NCBI GenBank assembly: GCA_030524705.1
Contig: JAUNGD010000010.1
Location: 9,345-73,344 of the forward strand
From: Lachnospiraceae bacterium
GTDB lineage: Bacteria > Bacillota > Clostridia > Lachnospirales > Lachnospiraceae
Direction: 5' to 3'
DNA: 64,000 bases
The translations under genes and the position numbers were made by a program. The notes beneath the pieces are model-generated. The model was not told the origin of the DNA. It saw only the letters and a list, made by a program, of their open reading frames with translations, and ran no database searches. Positions within the stretch are counted from its first letter, which is position 1; the number at the start of each line of letters is the position of its first letter. Of the stretch, positions 51,916 to 61,011 are shown one piece after another.

Positions 51916-52668
51916 ATGATAGAGTTCAGGGATGTGAATAAAAAGTACCCGAATGGGTTCGAAGCATTAAAACAGATAAATCTCACGATTGAGCAGGGAG
52001 AGTTTGTAGCCATCATCGGCCTGTCCGGCGCGGGCAAATCAACGCTGATTCGGACGATCAACCGCATGCATGATATTACGGGAGGAACGCTTACTGTGAA
52101 TGGAACGGACGTGATGACTCTCCAGGGGAAAAATCTCCGCAGCTTCCGAAGAAATATCGGTATGATTTTTCAGTCCTTTAATCTGATAACGAGAACAACG
52201 GTGATAAAAAATGTCCTGACGGCCTTTGTGCCGGAGCTGCCCTGGTGGAGGGCGGCTTTCGGAATCTTTACAAAGGAGGAGAAGCTTGCGGCGCTGGAAG
52301 CTCTCGACAAGGTGGGAATTTTGGATAAGGCGTTTGTCCGGGCGGATCAGCTTTCCGGCGGGCAGCAGCAGCGAGTGGCGCTGGCGAGAACGCTGGCTCA
52401 GGATCCGAAGATCATTCTGGCAGACGAGCCGGTGGCGTCTCTGGATCCGGTGACGGCCAAGCAGGTCATGGACGATTTTCTGCGTATCAACAGAGACATG
52501 AAGATTACGGTACTGCTGAATATCCATCACGTGGACCTGGCGCTGCAGTATGCGTCGAGAGTTGTGGGAATCCGGGCTGGGGAGATCGTATACGACGGTC
52601 CGGCAGATCAGGTGGACCAGGAGGTTCTTGATTCCATTTATCAGGCTGGAAGGAAGGAGGCAGTATGA
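51916..52668 (+). CDS. phnC: phosphonate-type ABC transporter ATP-binding protein
   Basis: GLSGAGKST, RADQLSGGQQQRV, ADEPVASLDP, NIHHVDLA. Confidence 0.93.
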   Translation: MIEFRDVNKKYPNGFEALKQINLTIEQGEFVAIIGLSGAGKSTLIRTINRMHDITGGTLTVNGTDVMTLQGKNLRSFRRNIGMIFQSFNLITRTTVIKNVLTAFVPELPWWRAAFGIFTKEEKLAALEALDKVGILDKAFVRADQLSGGQQQRVALARTLAQDPKIILADEPVASLDPVTAKQVMDDFLRINRDMKITVLLNIHHVDLALQYASRVVGIRAGEIVYDGPADQVDQEVLDSIYQAGRKEAV

Positions 52669-53486
52669 GCTTTTACGATAAACTGTTTCCGCCGAAGAGG
52701 ATTACGCTTCCGAATGGAAAGAGCGTGCAGCAGTACCGCTCCCGGGGGCCGGCCGCCGCTGTCATTCTGATTGCCCTGACGGCTCTTTCGGTAAAAATTA
52801 CCGGATTTAATATGGAAGTGCTGATCCGGCGGATCAATGAATTCTTTGTCATACTCGGACAGATGTTTCCGCCGAAATGGAGCTATATGCCCCAGGTATG
52901 GAAGCCTCTGTTTGATACGATTAAAATGTCGCTGCTGGGCTCCGTGCTGGGTTCCGTGCTGGTGGTTCCCTTTGCCATGCTGGCCTCGACGAACGTAATC
53001 CGCAGCCGGGCGGTGGTAAGCGGGATGCGTCTTTTTCTGAGTATTGTGCGGACGCTGCCGACACTGGTCACGGCTTTGATCGCAACGTACATTTTTGGCC
53101 TGGGAACACTGGCCGGAACCACGGCGATCGCAGTATTTACCTTCGCGTATATCGGCAAAATTCTGTATGAAGAGATTGAGACGGTGGATATGGGCGCCTT
53201 TGAAGCCATGGAGGCCATGGGGGCCACGAAGGTGCGGGCGTTCATCAGCGCGATCGTGCCCCAGGTGCTTCCGTCTTATCTGTCAAACTGCCTTTTTTGT
53301 TTTGAGGGAAATGTGCGCTACGCCTCAATTCTCGGATACGTAGGAGCAGGCGGACTTGGGCTGATCCTGAATGAAAAAATCGGCTGGCGAGAGTATTCCA
53401 GCGTCGGCATGATCCTGATTGCGCTGTTCGTGACGGTGTTTGTGATTGAGACGCTGAGCCGTGCGGCGCGCAGGAAGCTTGTCTAG
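52665..53486 (+). CDS. phnE: phosphonate-type ABC transporter permease
   Basis: MFPP.W, GKILYEEIE, PQVLP, FEGNVRYASILGYVGAGGLG. Confidence 0.92.
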   Translation: MSFYDKLFPPKRITLPNGKSVQQYRSRGPAAAVILIALTALSVKITGFNMEVLIRRINEFFVILGQMFPPKWSYMPQVWKPLFDTIKMSLLGSVLGSVLVVPFAMLASTNVIRSRAVVSGMRLFLSIVRTLPTLVTALIATYIFGLGTLAGTTAIAVFTFAYIGKILYEEIETVDMGAFEAMEAMGATKVRAFISAIVPQVLPSYLSNCLFCFEGNVRYASILGYVGAGGLGLILNEKIGWREYSSVGMILIALFVTVFVIETLSRAARRKLV

Positions 53487-53497
53487 GAGGTGGGAGG

Positions 53498-54307
53498 ATG
53501 AATGAGCGAATTGAGAGGGCATATGAAAAAAGGCCGAAAGGATGGGTATTTGAGCTTGCCATCGCCGGGATTGTGCTTGTGCTTTTGATATGGAGCGGTT
53601 CCGGTATCGAGACCAGCGGGACGACGCAGAACGGCGGTAAGATAGCAATGAATATTTTGTCAGGAATCTTTCACCCAGATACGAGGCTGCTGTTCAATCT
53701 GACTACCCAGGGCGTTCCCTATCTTTTGCTGGAAACGATCTGCATTGCATTTCTCGGCACGGTGGTGGGGGCGGTGATCTCTGTTCCGCTGGCGTTTCTG
53801 TCGGCATCAAATCTGACTCCGAAGCCGGTGGCCTTTCTTGGCAGGATGATGATTATGGCGGTACGGACTGTGCCAGCTTTCGTGTATGGCCTTATGTTCA
53901 TCCGTGTCACGGGGCCGGGAGCCTTTGCGGGGCTTTTGACGATGTCGCTGTGCTCGGTGGGAATGGTCAGCAAGATGTACATTGAGGCAATCGAGGATCT
54001 GGACGTCCGGGTGCTGGAATCCCTGGATGCGGCGGGTTGTACGACCTGGCAGAAAATCCGTTATGGAATATTGCCGCAGCTCATGCCGAACTTTGCGTCC
54101 ACGGCGATTTACCGCTTTGATATTAATTTAAGGGATGCAACGGTGCTTGGCCTGGTGGGAGCCGGAGGCATCGGGGCGCCGCTGATCTTTGCGATGAACA
54201 GCTATCGCTGGAATGAAGCGGGGGCGATCCTGGCGGGGCTTATCGCTCTTGTGCTGATTGTGGAATGGATTTCTACGAAAATCCGGGTGAAGCTGGCGCG
54301 GGGATAA
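53498..54307 (+). CDS. phnE: phosphonate-type ABC transporter permease (second copy)
   Basis: ETICIAFLGT, GPGAFAG, RFDINLRDATVLGLVGAGGIG. Confidence 0.92.
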   Translation: MNERIERAYEKRPKGWVFELAIAGIVLVLLIWSGSGIETSGTTQNGGKIAMNILSGIFHPDTRLLFNLTTQGVPYLLLETICIAFLGTVVGAVISVPLAFLSASNLTPKPVAFLGRMMIMAVRTVPAFVYGLMFIRVTGPGAFAGLLTMSLCSVGMVSKMYIEAIEDLDVRVLESLDAAGCTTWQKIRYGILPQLMPNFASTAIYRFDINLRDATVLGLVGAGGIGAPLIFAMNSYRWNEAGAILAGLIALVLIVEWISTKIRVKLARG

Positions 54308-54348
54308 GAAGAACTTTTGAAGATATTAAGGAACGACGGAGCGCAGGT

Positions 54349-56046
54349 ATGAAAAGGAAGCTGGATATTATTTATACTTCAGATACACACGGGCATGTTT
54401 TTCCGGTGGATTATCCCGCCGGGAAGCAGGAGGATTCGGGAATCCTGAATATGGCCCATCAAATAAGACGGAACAAAAATACTTTGATTCTTGACGGCGG
54501 CGACACTCTTCAGGGGACGCCGCTTTCCCAGTATTATATAGCGCACAGCAGCGAGTACCCGTATCATCCGATGGCGGAGGCCTTCAATGCGCTGGGCTGT
54601 GATTATTTTACGCTGGGAAACCATGATTTTAATTTCGGCTATGAGGCGTTGAGAGATTATCTGCATGCGATGCGGGCAGAGTGCATCTGCGCCAACGTGG
54701 AGGATCTTCGGGGAGAGCTGGGGATCCGCAGGGATGCGGTGCATATACTGGACAATGGCCTCCGCGTGGGAATTACCGGAATCGTGACAGATTATGTAAA
54801 CGTATGGGAGCAGCCGCAGAATCTGGCCGGGCTGGCGGTGACAAGCGCGTTCGAGGCTGCCAGAGACGCCTGCAAAAGGCTGCAAAAGAGCTGCGATATT
54901 TGCATTTGTATCTATCACGGCGGATTTGAGGAGGATCTGGAAACAGGAGCATTGCTTTCGGAGAGTACGGAGAACATCGCGTGCAGAATTGCAAGAGAGC
55001 TGGACTTTGACCTTCTGCTTACGGGGCATCAGCATATGGCGGTGGAGGGCGTCTGGCTGAATGGGACGTATGCGGTGCAGCCTCCGGCAAACGCAGCGCA
55101 GTATATACATTTAAAGATAGAAGAAACGGGAATTGAAGGGCCGGAGGATGCAGAATCTGAAAAGACAAAGGAATTGGGATTTGAAGAGCCAGAGAATGCA
55201 GGATCTGAAAAGACAAAGAAATTGGGATCTGAAGGGTCAAAGGATGCAGGGGCTGAAAAGATGGGGGTACCAGGCTGCGGGGGAGAAAAGCTGCCGGGGA
55301 AAAGAAAGCCTGCAGTTACCTCCGAGCTGGTTCGGGTAGGTGCCGGACATGAGGAGCAGCCTTATAAAAAGCTTCTCTCCATTGAGCGGGATACGCAGAA
55401 ATGGCTGGATGAACCGGTGGGGCTGCTTCGGGAAAAAATAGAGCCGGAGGAAAAGCTGGAGGCTGCGCTGTACGGAAGCCGCCTGGCGGATCTGTTCAAT
55501 GAGGTACAGCTCGACGCCTCCGGGGCGGATTTTTCCTGTACGAGCCTTGGCAATTGCCCGGTGGGGCTGGAAAAGAAGGTCACGATGCGGGATATCTGCG
55601 GCGCGTATTTGTTTGCCAACACCCTGGTGGTGCTGGAGGTGGATGCTGCGGCGCTCAGGGCGGCGCTGGAACGCTGCGCCTCTTATTTTGTGCTGAAGCA
55701 GGGGACTCCGCAGATTTCAGCAGAATTTTTGAAGCCGAAGGTAGAGCATTATAATTATGATTTTTATGCAGGGCTGGATTACGAATTTGATCTGACAAGG
55801 CCGGTGGGACAGCGGGTGGTAAAAATGGTGAGGCCAGACGGCAGTCCGCTTTTGCCGGACAGGAAATACCGCCTGGTGACGAGCAACTACCGGGCAACCG
55901 GGACGGGCGGCTATGAAGCCCTTGGCAGGTGCAGGGTACTGTGGCGCGGGGCTGCGGAGGTGCCGGAGCTGATCGCATCGTATATCAGAAGAAACAGCCC
56001 GCTAAAGTGCGGTATTCGTTCGCAAATCGCAGTAAAATGGCAGTAA
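54349..56046 (+). CDS. bifunctional metallophosphatase / 5'-nucleotidase (CpdB-like), no signal peptide
   Basis: TSDTHG, DGGDTLQG, GNHDFNFG, YHGGFE, TGHQH, YNYD, SNYRATG.GGY. Confidence 0.9.
   Translation: MKRKLDIIYTSDTHGHVFPVDYPAGKQEDSGILNMAHQIRRNKNTLILDGGDTLQGTPLSQYYIAHSSEYPYHPMAEAFNALGCDYFTLGNHDFNFGYEALRDYLHAMRAECICANVEDLRGELGIRRDAVHILDNGLRVGITGIVTDYVNVWEQPQNLAGLAVTSAFEAARDACKRLQKSCDICICIYHGGFEEDLETGALLSESTENIACRIARELDFDLLLTGHQHMAVEGVWLNGTYAVQPPANAAQYIHLKIEETGIEGPEDAESEKTKELGFEEPENAGSEKTKKLGSEGSKDAGAEKMGVPGCGGEKLPGKRKPAVTSELVRVGAGHEEQPYKKLLSIERDTQKWLDEPVGLLREKIEPEEKLEAALYGSRLADLFNEVQLDASGADFSCTSLGNCPVGLEKKVTMRDICGAYLFANTLVVLEVDAAALRAALERCASYFVLKQGTPQISAEFLKPKVEHYNYDFYAGLDYEFDLTRPVGQRVVKMVRPDGSPLLPDRKYRLVTSNYRATGTGGYEALGRCRVLWRGAAEVPELIASYIRRNSPLKCGIRSQIAVKWQ
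55121..55261 (+). repeat. in-frame 48-bp (16-aa) tandem repeat x3 inside the nucleotidase
   Basis: EGPEDAESEKTKELGF / EEPENAGSEKTKKLGS / EGSKDAGAEK. Confidence 0.88.
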
Positions 56047-56078
56047 AGCCGGAAAAATGAAGGAGAGTGAGGTGCGGC

Positions 56079-56987
56079 ATGGAACAGCATGAGCCGGTAA
56101 TGGAGCGGCGTGAAGCGGTAATGAAGCAGTGTGAGCCGGGAAGGGAACGGTATGAGCTGGCAATGAAATGGGTGCGTGAGGCGGGGGATATGCTGCGCCG
56201 GATGCGGAAAAGCTCGCTGGATATTGCGGAAAAGAGCGGACACCAGGATATCGTTACGAGGTGTGACCGGGAGATAGAGCGGTTTTTGCGGCAGAGGATA
56301 TGGAACCTTTTCCCAGATGACCGGATTGTAGGAGAAGAATATACGGCGGCGGAGTTTCGAAGTGACCGGGTGAAGGAGCAATATGCGGCAGAGCTTCGGA
56401 GTGATCAGGTGAAGGAGCAGTATGCGGCAGCCGTCTGGTTCCTTGATCCCATCGACGGCACGACAAATTTTGTGAATCAGAGTTGTGATTATGCGGTTTC
56501 AGTGGGGTGTATTGCGGGCGGCGGCCCGCAGTTCGGAATTGTTTTGGACGTAGAGGGCGGGAGACTGTACTCTGCAAAGGAGGGAGGCGGAGCGTGGATG
56601 AATGGATGCAGGCTGCATACGGCCGAAAACCAGCAGGTGAAGGATATGCTGCTTACGACGCCCTGTGTCACAGAGCTTTTTCTCGGAAGCTATCGTGAGA
56701 AGGAGGGGATATCCAGACTGGCCATGGATGTACGGGCCGTGCGGAGCACAGGCTCCATAGCGCTGGAGCTCTGCCATGTGGCCTCCGGGAGAGCGGATTT
56801 ATGTATTGCTCTGAAGTCAAGTCCCTGGGACCACAATGCAGCGAGGCTTATCCTCGCGGAGGCAGGGGGAGCGATTCAAAGTCTGGAGGGCGGCGAGCTG
56901 CCGTATTATGGAGACAGTGCATTCGTTGCGGCGGGCAGTGAAGAGGCGGTAAAGAAGATTAAAAAAGAATATTTGGAACACCTATGA
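56079..56987 (+). CDS. inositol monophosphatase family protein
   Basis: DIVTRCDREIE, GEE, WFLDPIDGTTNF, RSTGSIALELC.VASG, PWDHNAA..I..EAGG. Confidence 0.92.
   Translation: MEQHEPVMERREAVMKQCEPGRERYELAMKWVREAGDMLRRMRKSSLDIAEKSGHQDIVTRCDREIERFLRQRIWNLFPDDRIVGEEYTAAEFRSDRVKEQYAAELRSDQVKEQYAAAVWFLDPIDGTTNFVNQSCDYAVSVGCIAGGGPQFGIVLDVEGGRLYSAKEGGGAWMNGCRLHTAENQQVKDMLLTTPCVTELFLGSYREKEGISRLAMDVRAVRSTGSIALELCHVASGRADLCIALKSSPWDHNAARLILAEAGGAIQSLEGGELPYYGDSAFVAAGSEEAVKKIKKEYLEHL
56335..56429 (+). repeat. in-frame 39-bp (13-aa) duplication inside the IMPase
   Basis: AAEFRSDRVKEQY / AAELRSDQVKEQY, between the GEE and DPIDGT motifs. Confidence 0.9.
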
Positions 56988-56990
56988 CAC

Positions 56991-57018
56991 AGCGCTGTCC
57001 TGACGGATGGCGCTTTTT
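56991..57018 (+). terminator. intrinsic terminator of the phn/nucleotidase/IMPase operon
   Basis: AGCGCTGTCC-TGAC-GGATGGCGCT-TTTT. Confidence 0.75.
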
Positions 57019-57037
57019 ATTCCCGGGGGCCTTTGAT

Positions 57038-57066
57038 TTGACTTATCCAGAGGGCTATGCTAAACT
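57038..57066 (+). promoter_or_regulatory. sigma-A promoter of prmA
   Basis: TTGACT-N17-TAAACT with extended TG. Confidence 0.65.
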
Positions 57067-57098
57067 GGCAATAAGTTTGTGAATAGATGGAGGGGCTT

Positions 57099-58052
57099 AT
57101 GCGCTGGAATAAATTTACTTTAAAAACGAGAACAGAGGTGGAGGATATTGTGATCTCCTCTCTGGCGGACGCCGGTGTGGAGGGCGTGGAGATTGAGGAC
57201 AAGGTGCCGCTTTCTGAATCGGATAAACAGCAGATGTTTGTGGATATTCTGCCGGACTGCCCGGAGGATGACGGCATCGCATATCTGAGCTTTTACCTGG
57301 AGGAGGATGCGGACAAGGAAGCAATCCTGGCCCGGGTGAAGGAAGAGCTTGATGATCTGCGGAGCTTTCTGGACATCGGAGAAGGCACGATTACGGAGAG
57401 CCAGACCGAGGATAAGGACTGGATCAACAACTGGAAAGAATATTTTCATCAGTTCTATGTGGACGACATTCTGATCATTCCGTCCTGGGAGGAAGTGAAG
57501 GCCGAGGATACGGACAAGATGATTATTCATATTGATCCGGGCACTGCTTTTGGTACGGGAATGCACGAGACGACGCAGCTTTGCATGCGCCAGCTTAAAA
57601 AATATGTGACCCCGGAGACGAAGATGCTGGATGTGGGGACCGGCAGCGGTATCCTGTCCATCGTGGCGCTGAAGCTGGGGGCGAAGCATGCGGTGGGAAC
57701 GGATCTTGATCCCTGCGCGATTACGGCCACGAAGGAAAATCTGGAAGTAAATGAGATCCCAGCCGGGGCGATGGAGGTCATGATCGGCAATATCATTGAT
57801 GACAAGGCGGTGCAGGATGCAGTGGGATACGAAAAGTATGATATTGTAGCTGCAAATATCCTGGCGGATGTGTTGGTGCCCTTGACCCCGGTCATTGTGA
57901 ACCAGTTAAGGCACGGCGGTATTTATATCACCTCGGGGATCATTGATGAAAAGGAAGAGACCGTGGTGGAGGCGGTGAAGGCTGCCGGACTTGAGGTCGT
58001 GGAGGTAACGCATCAGAACGATTGGGTATCTGTGACTGCGCGGAAGCTGTGA
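57099..58052 (+). CDS. prmA: 50S ribosomal protein L11 methyltransferase
   Basis: DWINNWKEYF, IDPGTAFGTGMHETT, LDVGTGSGILS, ANILA, SGII. Confidence 0.97.
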   Translation: MRWNKFTLKTRTEVEDIVISSLADAGVEGVEIEDKVPLSESDKQQMFVDILPDCPEDDGIAYLSFYLEEDADKEAILARVKEELDDLRSFLDIGEGTITESQTEDKDWINNWKEYFHQFYVDDILIIPSWEEVKAEDTDKMIIHIDPGTAFGTGMHETTQLCMRQLKKYVTPETKMLDVGTGSGILSIVALKLGAKHAVGTDLDPCAITATKENLEVNEIPAGAMEVMIGNIIDDKAVQDAVGYEKYDIVAANILADVLVPLTPVIVNQLRHGGIYITSGIIDEKEETVVEAVKAAGLEVVEVTHQNDWVSVTARKL

Positions 58053-58124
58053 GAGGAAGCCGTGAGGCGGAGAACATAGTACGTATAGCAAGGCATAAAC
58101 GTCAGGGATGAAAGGTAAAAGCAT

Positions 58125-58874
58125 ATGTATCATTTTTTTGTGACACCGGAGCAGATCGGGGAACGGGAGATACGAATTGAGGGCGGCGACATCAATCATA
58201 TTCGGAATGTTCTGCGGATGGAGCCGGGGGAGCAGATCACGGTGAGCAGCGGAGAAGACAAAAAAGAGTACCGCTGCGAGATTTTTCAGATAGAAGAGGA
58301 CTGCGTCACGGCAAGGATCATGTGGGTCCAGGAGGCCGATACGGAGCTGCCTTCCAGGATCTGTTTGTTTCAGGGATTGCCAAAGGGCGATAAGATGGAG
58401 CTGATTATCCAAAAGGCCGTGGAGCTGGGCGTGCATGAGATCGTGCCGGTGGCGACGAAGCGTGCCGTGGTGAAGCTGGATAAAAAGAAGGCGGAAGCAA
58501 AAGGAAAAAGATGGAATGCAATCTCTGAGAGCGCCGCAAAGCAGTCAAAGCGTATGATCGTGCCGGAGGTAAAGCCTGTGATGACCTTTGCGGAGGCAGC
58601 TGCTTATGCGAAGGAGTATGCGGTAAGGCTGATCCCCTACGAGCTGGCGGAGGGAATGGAAAGGACCCGGGAGATTTTCGCAGGGATCCGGCCGGGCGAT
58701 TCTGTCGCGGTCTTTATCGGGCCGGAGGGCGGATTTGACGAAGCGGAGATCGAGGCGGCAAAGGAAGCGGGACTTTGCCCGATTACCCTGGGAAGAAGAA
58801 TCCTGCGCACGGAGACCGCCGGAATGACGGTGCTTTCGGTACTGATGCTTCAGCTGGACGGGAAGTCTCAGTAA
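58125..58874 (+). CDS. rsmE: 16S rRNA (uracil-1498-N3)-methyltransferase
   Basis: HIRNVLRM, KGDKMELIIQKAVELG, AAKQS.R, IGPEGGF, LGRRILRTETA. Confidence 0.97.
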   Translation: MYHFFVTPEQIGEREIRIEGGDINHIRNVLRMEPGEQITVSSGEDKKEYRCEIFQIEEDCVTARIMWVQEADTELPSRICLFQGLPKGDKMELIIQKAVELGVHEIVPVATKRAVVKLDKKKAEAKGKRWNAISESAAKQSKRMIVPEVKPVMTFAEAAAYAKEYAVRLIPYELAEGMERTREIFAGIRPGDSVAVFIGPEGGFDEAEIEAAKEAGLCPITLGRRILRTETAGMTVLSVLMLQLDGKSQ

Positions 58875-58990
58875 AAAGTGAAGCAGGGCATGGAAGTATG
58901 GCTGTGCGAGAAGAATGCTGTGCTGACGGGGCGCGGTATACGAGGTGCGGAAGCCGTACTTTTTATAGAAGAGAAAGAAGGAGGAAAAGC

Positions 58991-59293
58991 ATGGTACATC
59001 ATATTGTTATGTGGAAATTTAGAGAAGAGATCGCAGAGGAGAAGAAGCCGGAGCTGAAGGCTGCCATGGCCAAACATCTCTGCGGACTGGTGGGACAGGT
59101 GCCGGGGCTGCTGAGCGCGGACTTTGTGGAAACTCCGATTCCCTCCAGTACCCATGATATGGCGCTGGTGATGACCTTTGAAAAGGCCACGGATATCGCG
59201 GGCTATTCCAAGCATCCGGCACATGTGGCTGTGGCAGACACGTATGTGCGTCCCTTTGTCTGCAGCCGGGCCTGCCTGGATTACGAAGATTGA
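58991..59293 (+). CDS. Dabb family (stress-responsive alpha/beta barrel) protein
   Basis: MVHHIVMWKF, Y..HPAH, R...DY; ATG behind GGAGG. Confidence 0.85.
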   Translation: MVHHIVMWKFREEIAEEKKPELKAAMAKHLCGLVGQVPGLLSADFVETPIPSSTHDMALVMTFEKATDIAGYSKHPAHVAVADTYVRPFVCSRACLDYED

Positions 59294-60303
59294 CAAGTAT
59301 GGATCAAATGAAATGGAGAAAGCTGCTTTTTCAGGCGGTGAAGATCGCCGTGGGAAGCAGCTCGGCCATTTGTCTGGCGGAGGCCATGCATCTGCAGTTT
59401 GCGGCCTCTGCCGGAAGCATTGCGCTGCTGACCATCGTTGCGACGAAATGGGAGACCTTCAGGCTGTCCTTTTTCCGTGTCCTGACCTTCGGCATTGCGG
59501 TGCTTCTGTCCTGGTGTACGCTGTCCGTTTTTGACAGCGACTGGGTGGCATACGGCGTTTTTGTTTTTTTACTCCTGATATTCTGTGAATATTTCGGATG
59601 GAAGTCGACGGTGTCCGTCAATGCGGTCATAGGCTCACATTTTCTTTCCACGCTGGATTTTTCGCCGGAGTTTATTCTGAATGAGTTCCTTCTGGTGCTG
59701 ATCGGCATTTCCATCGCGATACTGCTGAACCTGTTTCACAACAATTCCGGCAGCAGAAAACAGATTGTACAGAATATGCGGTATACGGAAAGCCGGCTGC
59801 AGGCCGTTCTGACCGAGATGGCTGCCTACCTTTCCGGCAGCCGGCTGCAGCGAAATGTCTGGGAGGATCTGGACTCGCTGGAAAAAAGGCTGCAGGGCTT
59901 TCTTGCGGAGGCTTATGAGTACCAGGGCAACACCCTTCAGTCCCATACCGGCTATTATGTCGATTATTTTGAGATGCGGATGAGCCAGTGTGACGTTCTG
60001 TACAACCTGCATGACGAGCTGAGCAGGATCAGGAACGTACCGAAGCAGGCGAAACTGGTTGCGGATTATATGCTGTATATGGCTGATTTCGTGGTGGAGT
60101 TGAACGTACCCCAGGAGCAGATCAGAAGGCTGGAGGAGATTTTTGAGGCCATGCGCCGGGAACCGCTGCCGGACACCCGGGAGGAGTTTGAGAATCGGGC
60201 GATGCTCTACCATATCCTGATGGATCTGGAAGAATTTCTGGCCTTTAAGAAGCGGTTTGTGGAGGAGATGGATGAGGACCGGCGGAAACGGTACTGGGAC
60301 TGA
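59290..60303 (+). CDS. aromatic acid exporter (ArAE/FUSC-like) family membrane protein
   Basis: KIAVG...AI, SAGSIALLTI, NEFLLVLIG, YFEMR..Q, LPDTREEFENRA.LY. Confidence 0.85.
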   Translation: MTSMDQMKWRKLLFQAVKIAVGSSSAICLAEAMHLQFAASAGSIALLTIVATKWETFRLSFFRVLTFGIAVLLSWCTLSVFDSDWVAYGVFVFLLLIFCEYFGWKSTVSVNAVIGSHFLSTLDFSPEFILNEFLLVLIGISIAILLNLFHNNSGSRKQIVQNMRYTESRLQAVLTEMAAYLSGSRLQRNVWEDLDSLEKRLQGFLAEAYEYQGNTLQSHTGYYVDYFEMRMSQCDVLYNLHDELSRIRNVPKQAKLVADYMLYMADFVVELNVPQEQIRRLEEIFEAMRREPLPDTREEFENRAMLYHILMDLEEFLAFKKRFVEEMDEDRRKRYWD

Positions 60304-60425
60304 TATTTCGAAGAAAAGGATACGAAGCAGAAAAATATGAAATGAAAAGACGTGAAACAGAAAAAGATATGAGACAGAAAAAACAGGAAATAGAAAAGTA
60401 TGAAATGAAACGACATTAAACAGAA
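60304..60425 (+). repeat. purine-rich degenerate ~15-bp tandem repeats
   Basis: Recurring ATGAAATGAAA / GAAACAGAAAAA units filling the intergenic gap. Confidence 0.6.
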
Positions 60426-60438
60426 AGAGGAACGGATC

Positions 60439-60852
60439 ATGTTGAGTCAGGTGTCTGTATTTACAGAAAACAGAAAAGGGGCTATGCTGGCGATCACGGA
60501 AATTTTGTGCAGAGAGGAAATTAATATCCTGGGTTCTGTGACGAATGACAGCCCGGAATACGGAATTGTGCGGATGGTGGTATCGGATCCGCAGCGAGCA
60601 GTCCAGGCTCTTGCGGCGGAAGGATATATGTGCAAGATGACGGAGGTGCTGGGAATTGAGATCCAGGACCGGGTAGGTGAGCTGAACCGTCTGCTGAAGG
60701 CGCTGGATGAGAGCAACATCAGTGTGGATTATCTTTATCTGTCCTTCAACCGTGCATCAGGGAGTCCGGTGATGGTCTTTCATACCAGTGACAGTATGGA
60801 AGTGGAGGACTGCCTGCAGGCAAAGGGATTTCAGGTACTTCAGCTTTTATAA
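60439..60852 (+). CDS. ACT domain (amino-acid-binding) protein
   Basis: QVSVFTENRKG, INI, YGIVRMVVSDP, DRVGEL, NISVDYLY. Confidence 0.85.
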   Translation: MLSQVSVFTENRKGAMLAITEILCREEINILGSVTNDSPEYGIVRMVVSDPQRAVQALAAEGYMCKMTEVLGIEIQDRVGELNRLLKALDESNISVDYLYLSFNRASGSPVMVFHTSDSMEVEDCLQAKGFQVLQLL

Positions 60853-60857
60853 AGCGG

Positions 60858-60886
60858 TTGAAATTCTGGTATATTTCCTGTACAAT
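60858..60886 (+). promoter_or_regulatory. sigma-A promoter of cysteine desulfurase-thiI
   Basis: TTGAAA-N17-TACAAT. Confidence 0.7.
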
Positions 60887-61011
60887 GTATCAGGTCAGCC
60901 GCAATACTGCGGCAGGGAGAGCACCGAAAAACCTCTGATTCGGTTTGGCAATACCTGGTTTGCAGTACCGGCGGCGGAGAATGCGTGAGAAGATAGAAAA
61001 GAGGAAGCATT

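Noticed and set aside
50728-54307. Phosphonate degradation operon
   Set aside because: No phnG-M, phnX or phnW in the window; the linked enzymes are phosphoester hydrolases.
60900-60960. Glycine or SAM riboswitch (GGAGAG...CACCGAA fragments)
   Set aside because: Lacks the remaining conserved elements and spacing; kept only as an unclassified structured leader.
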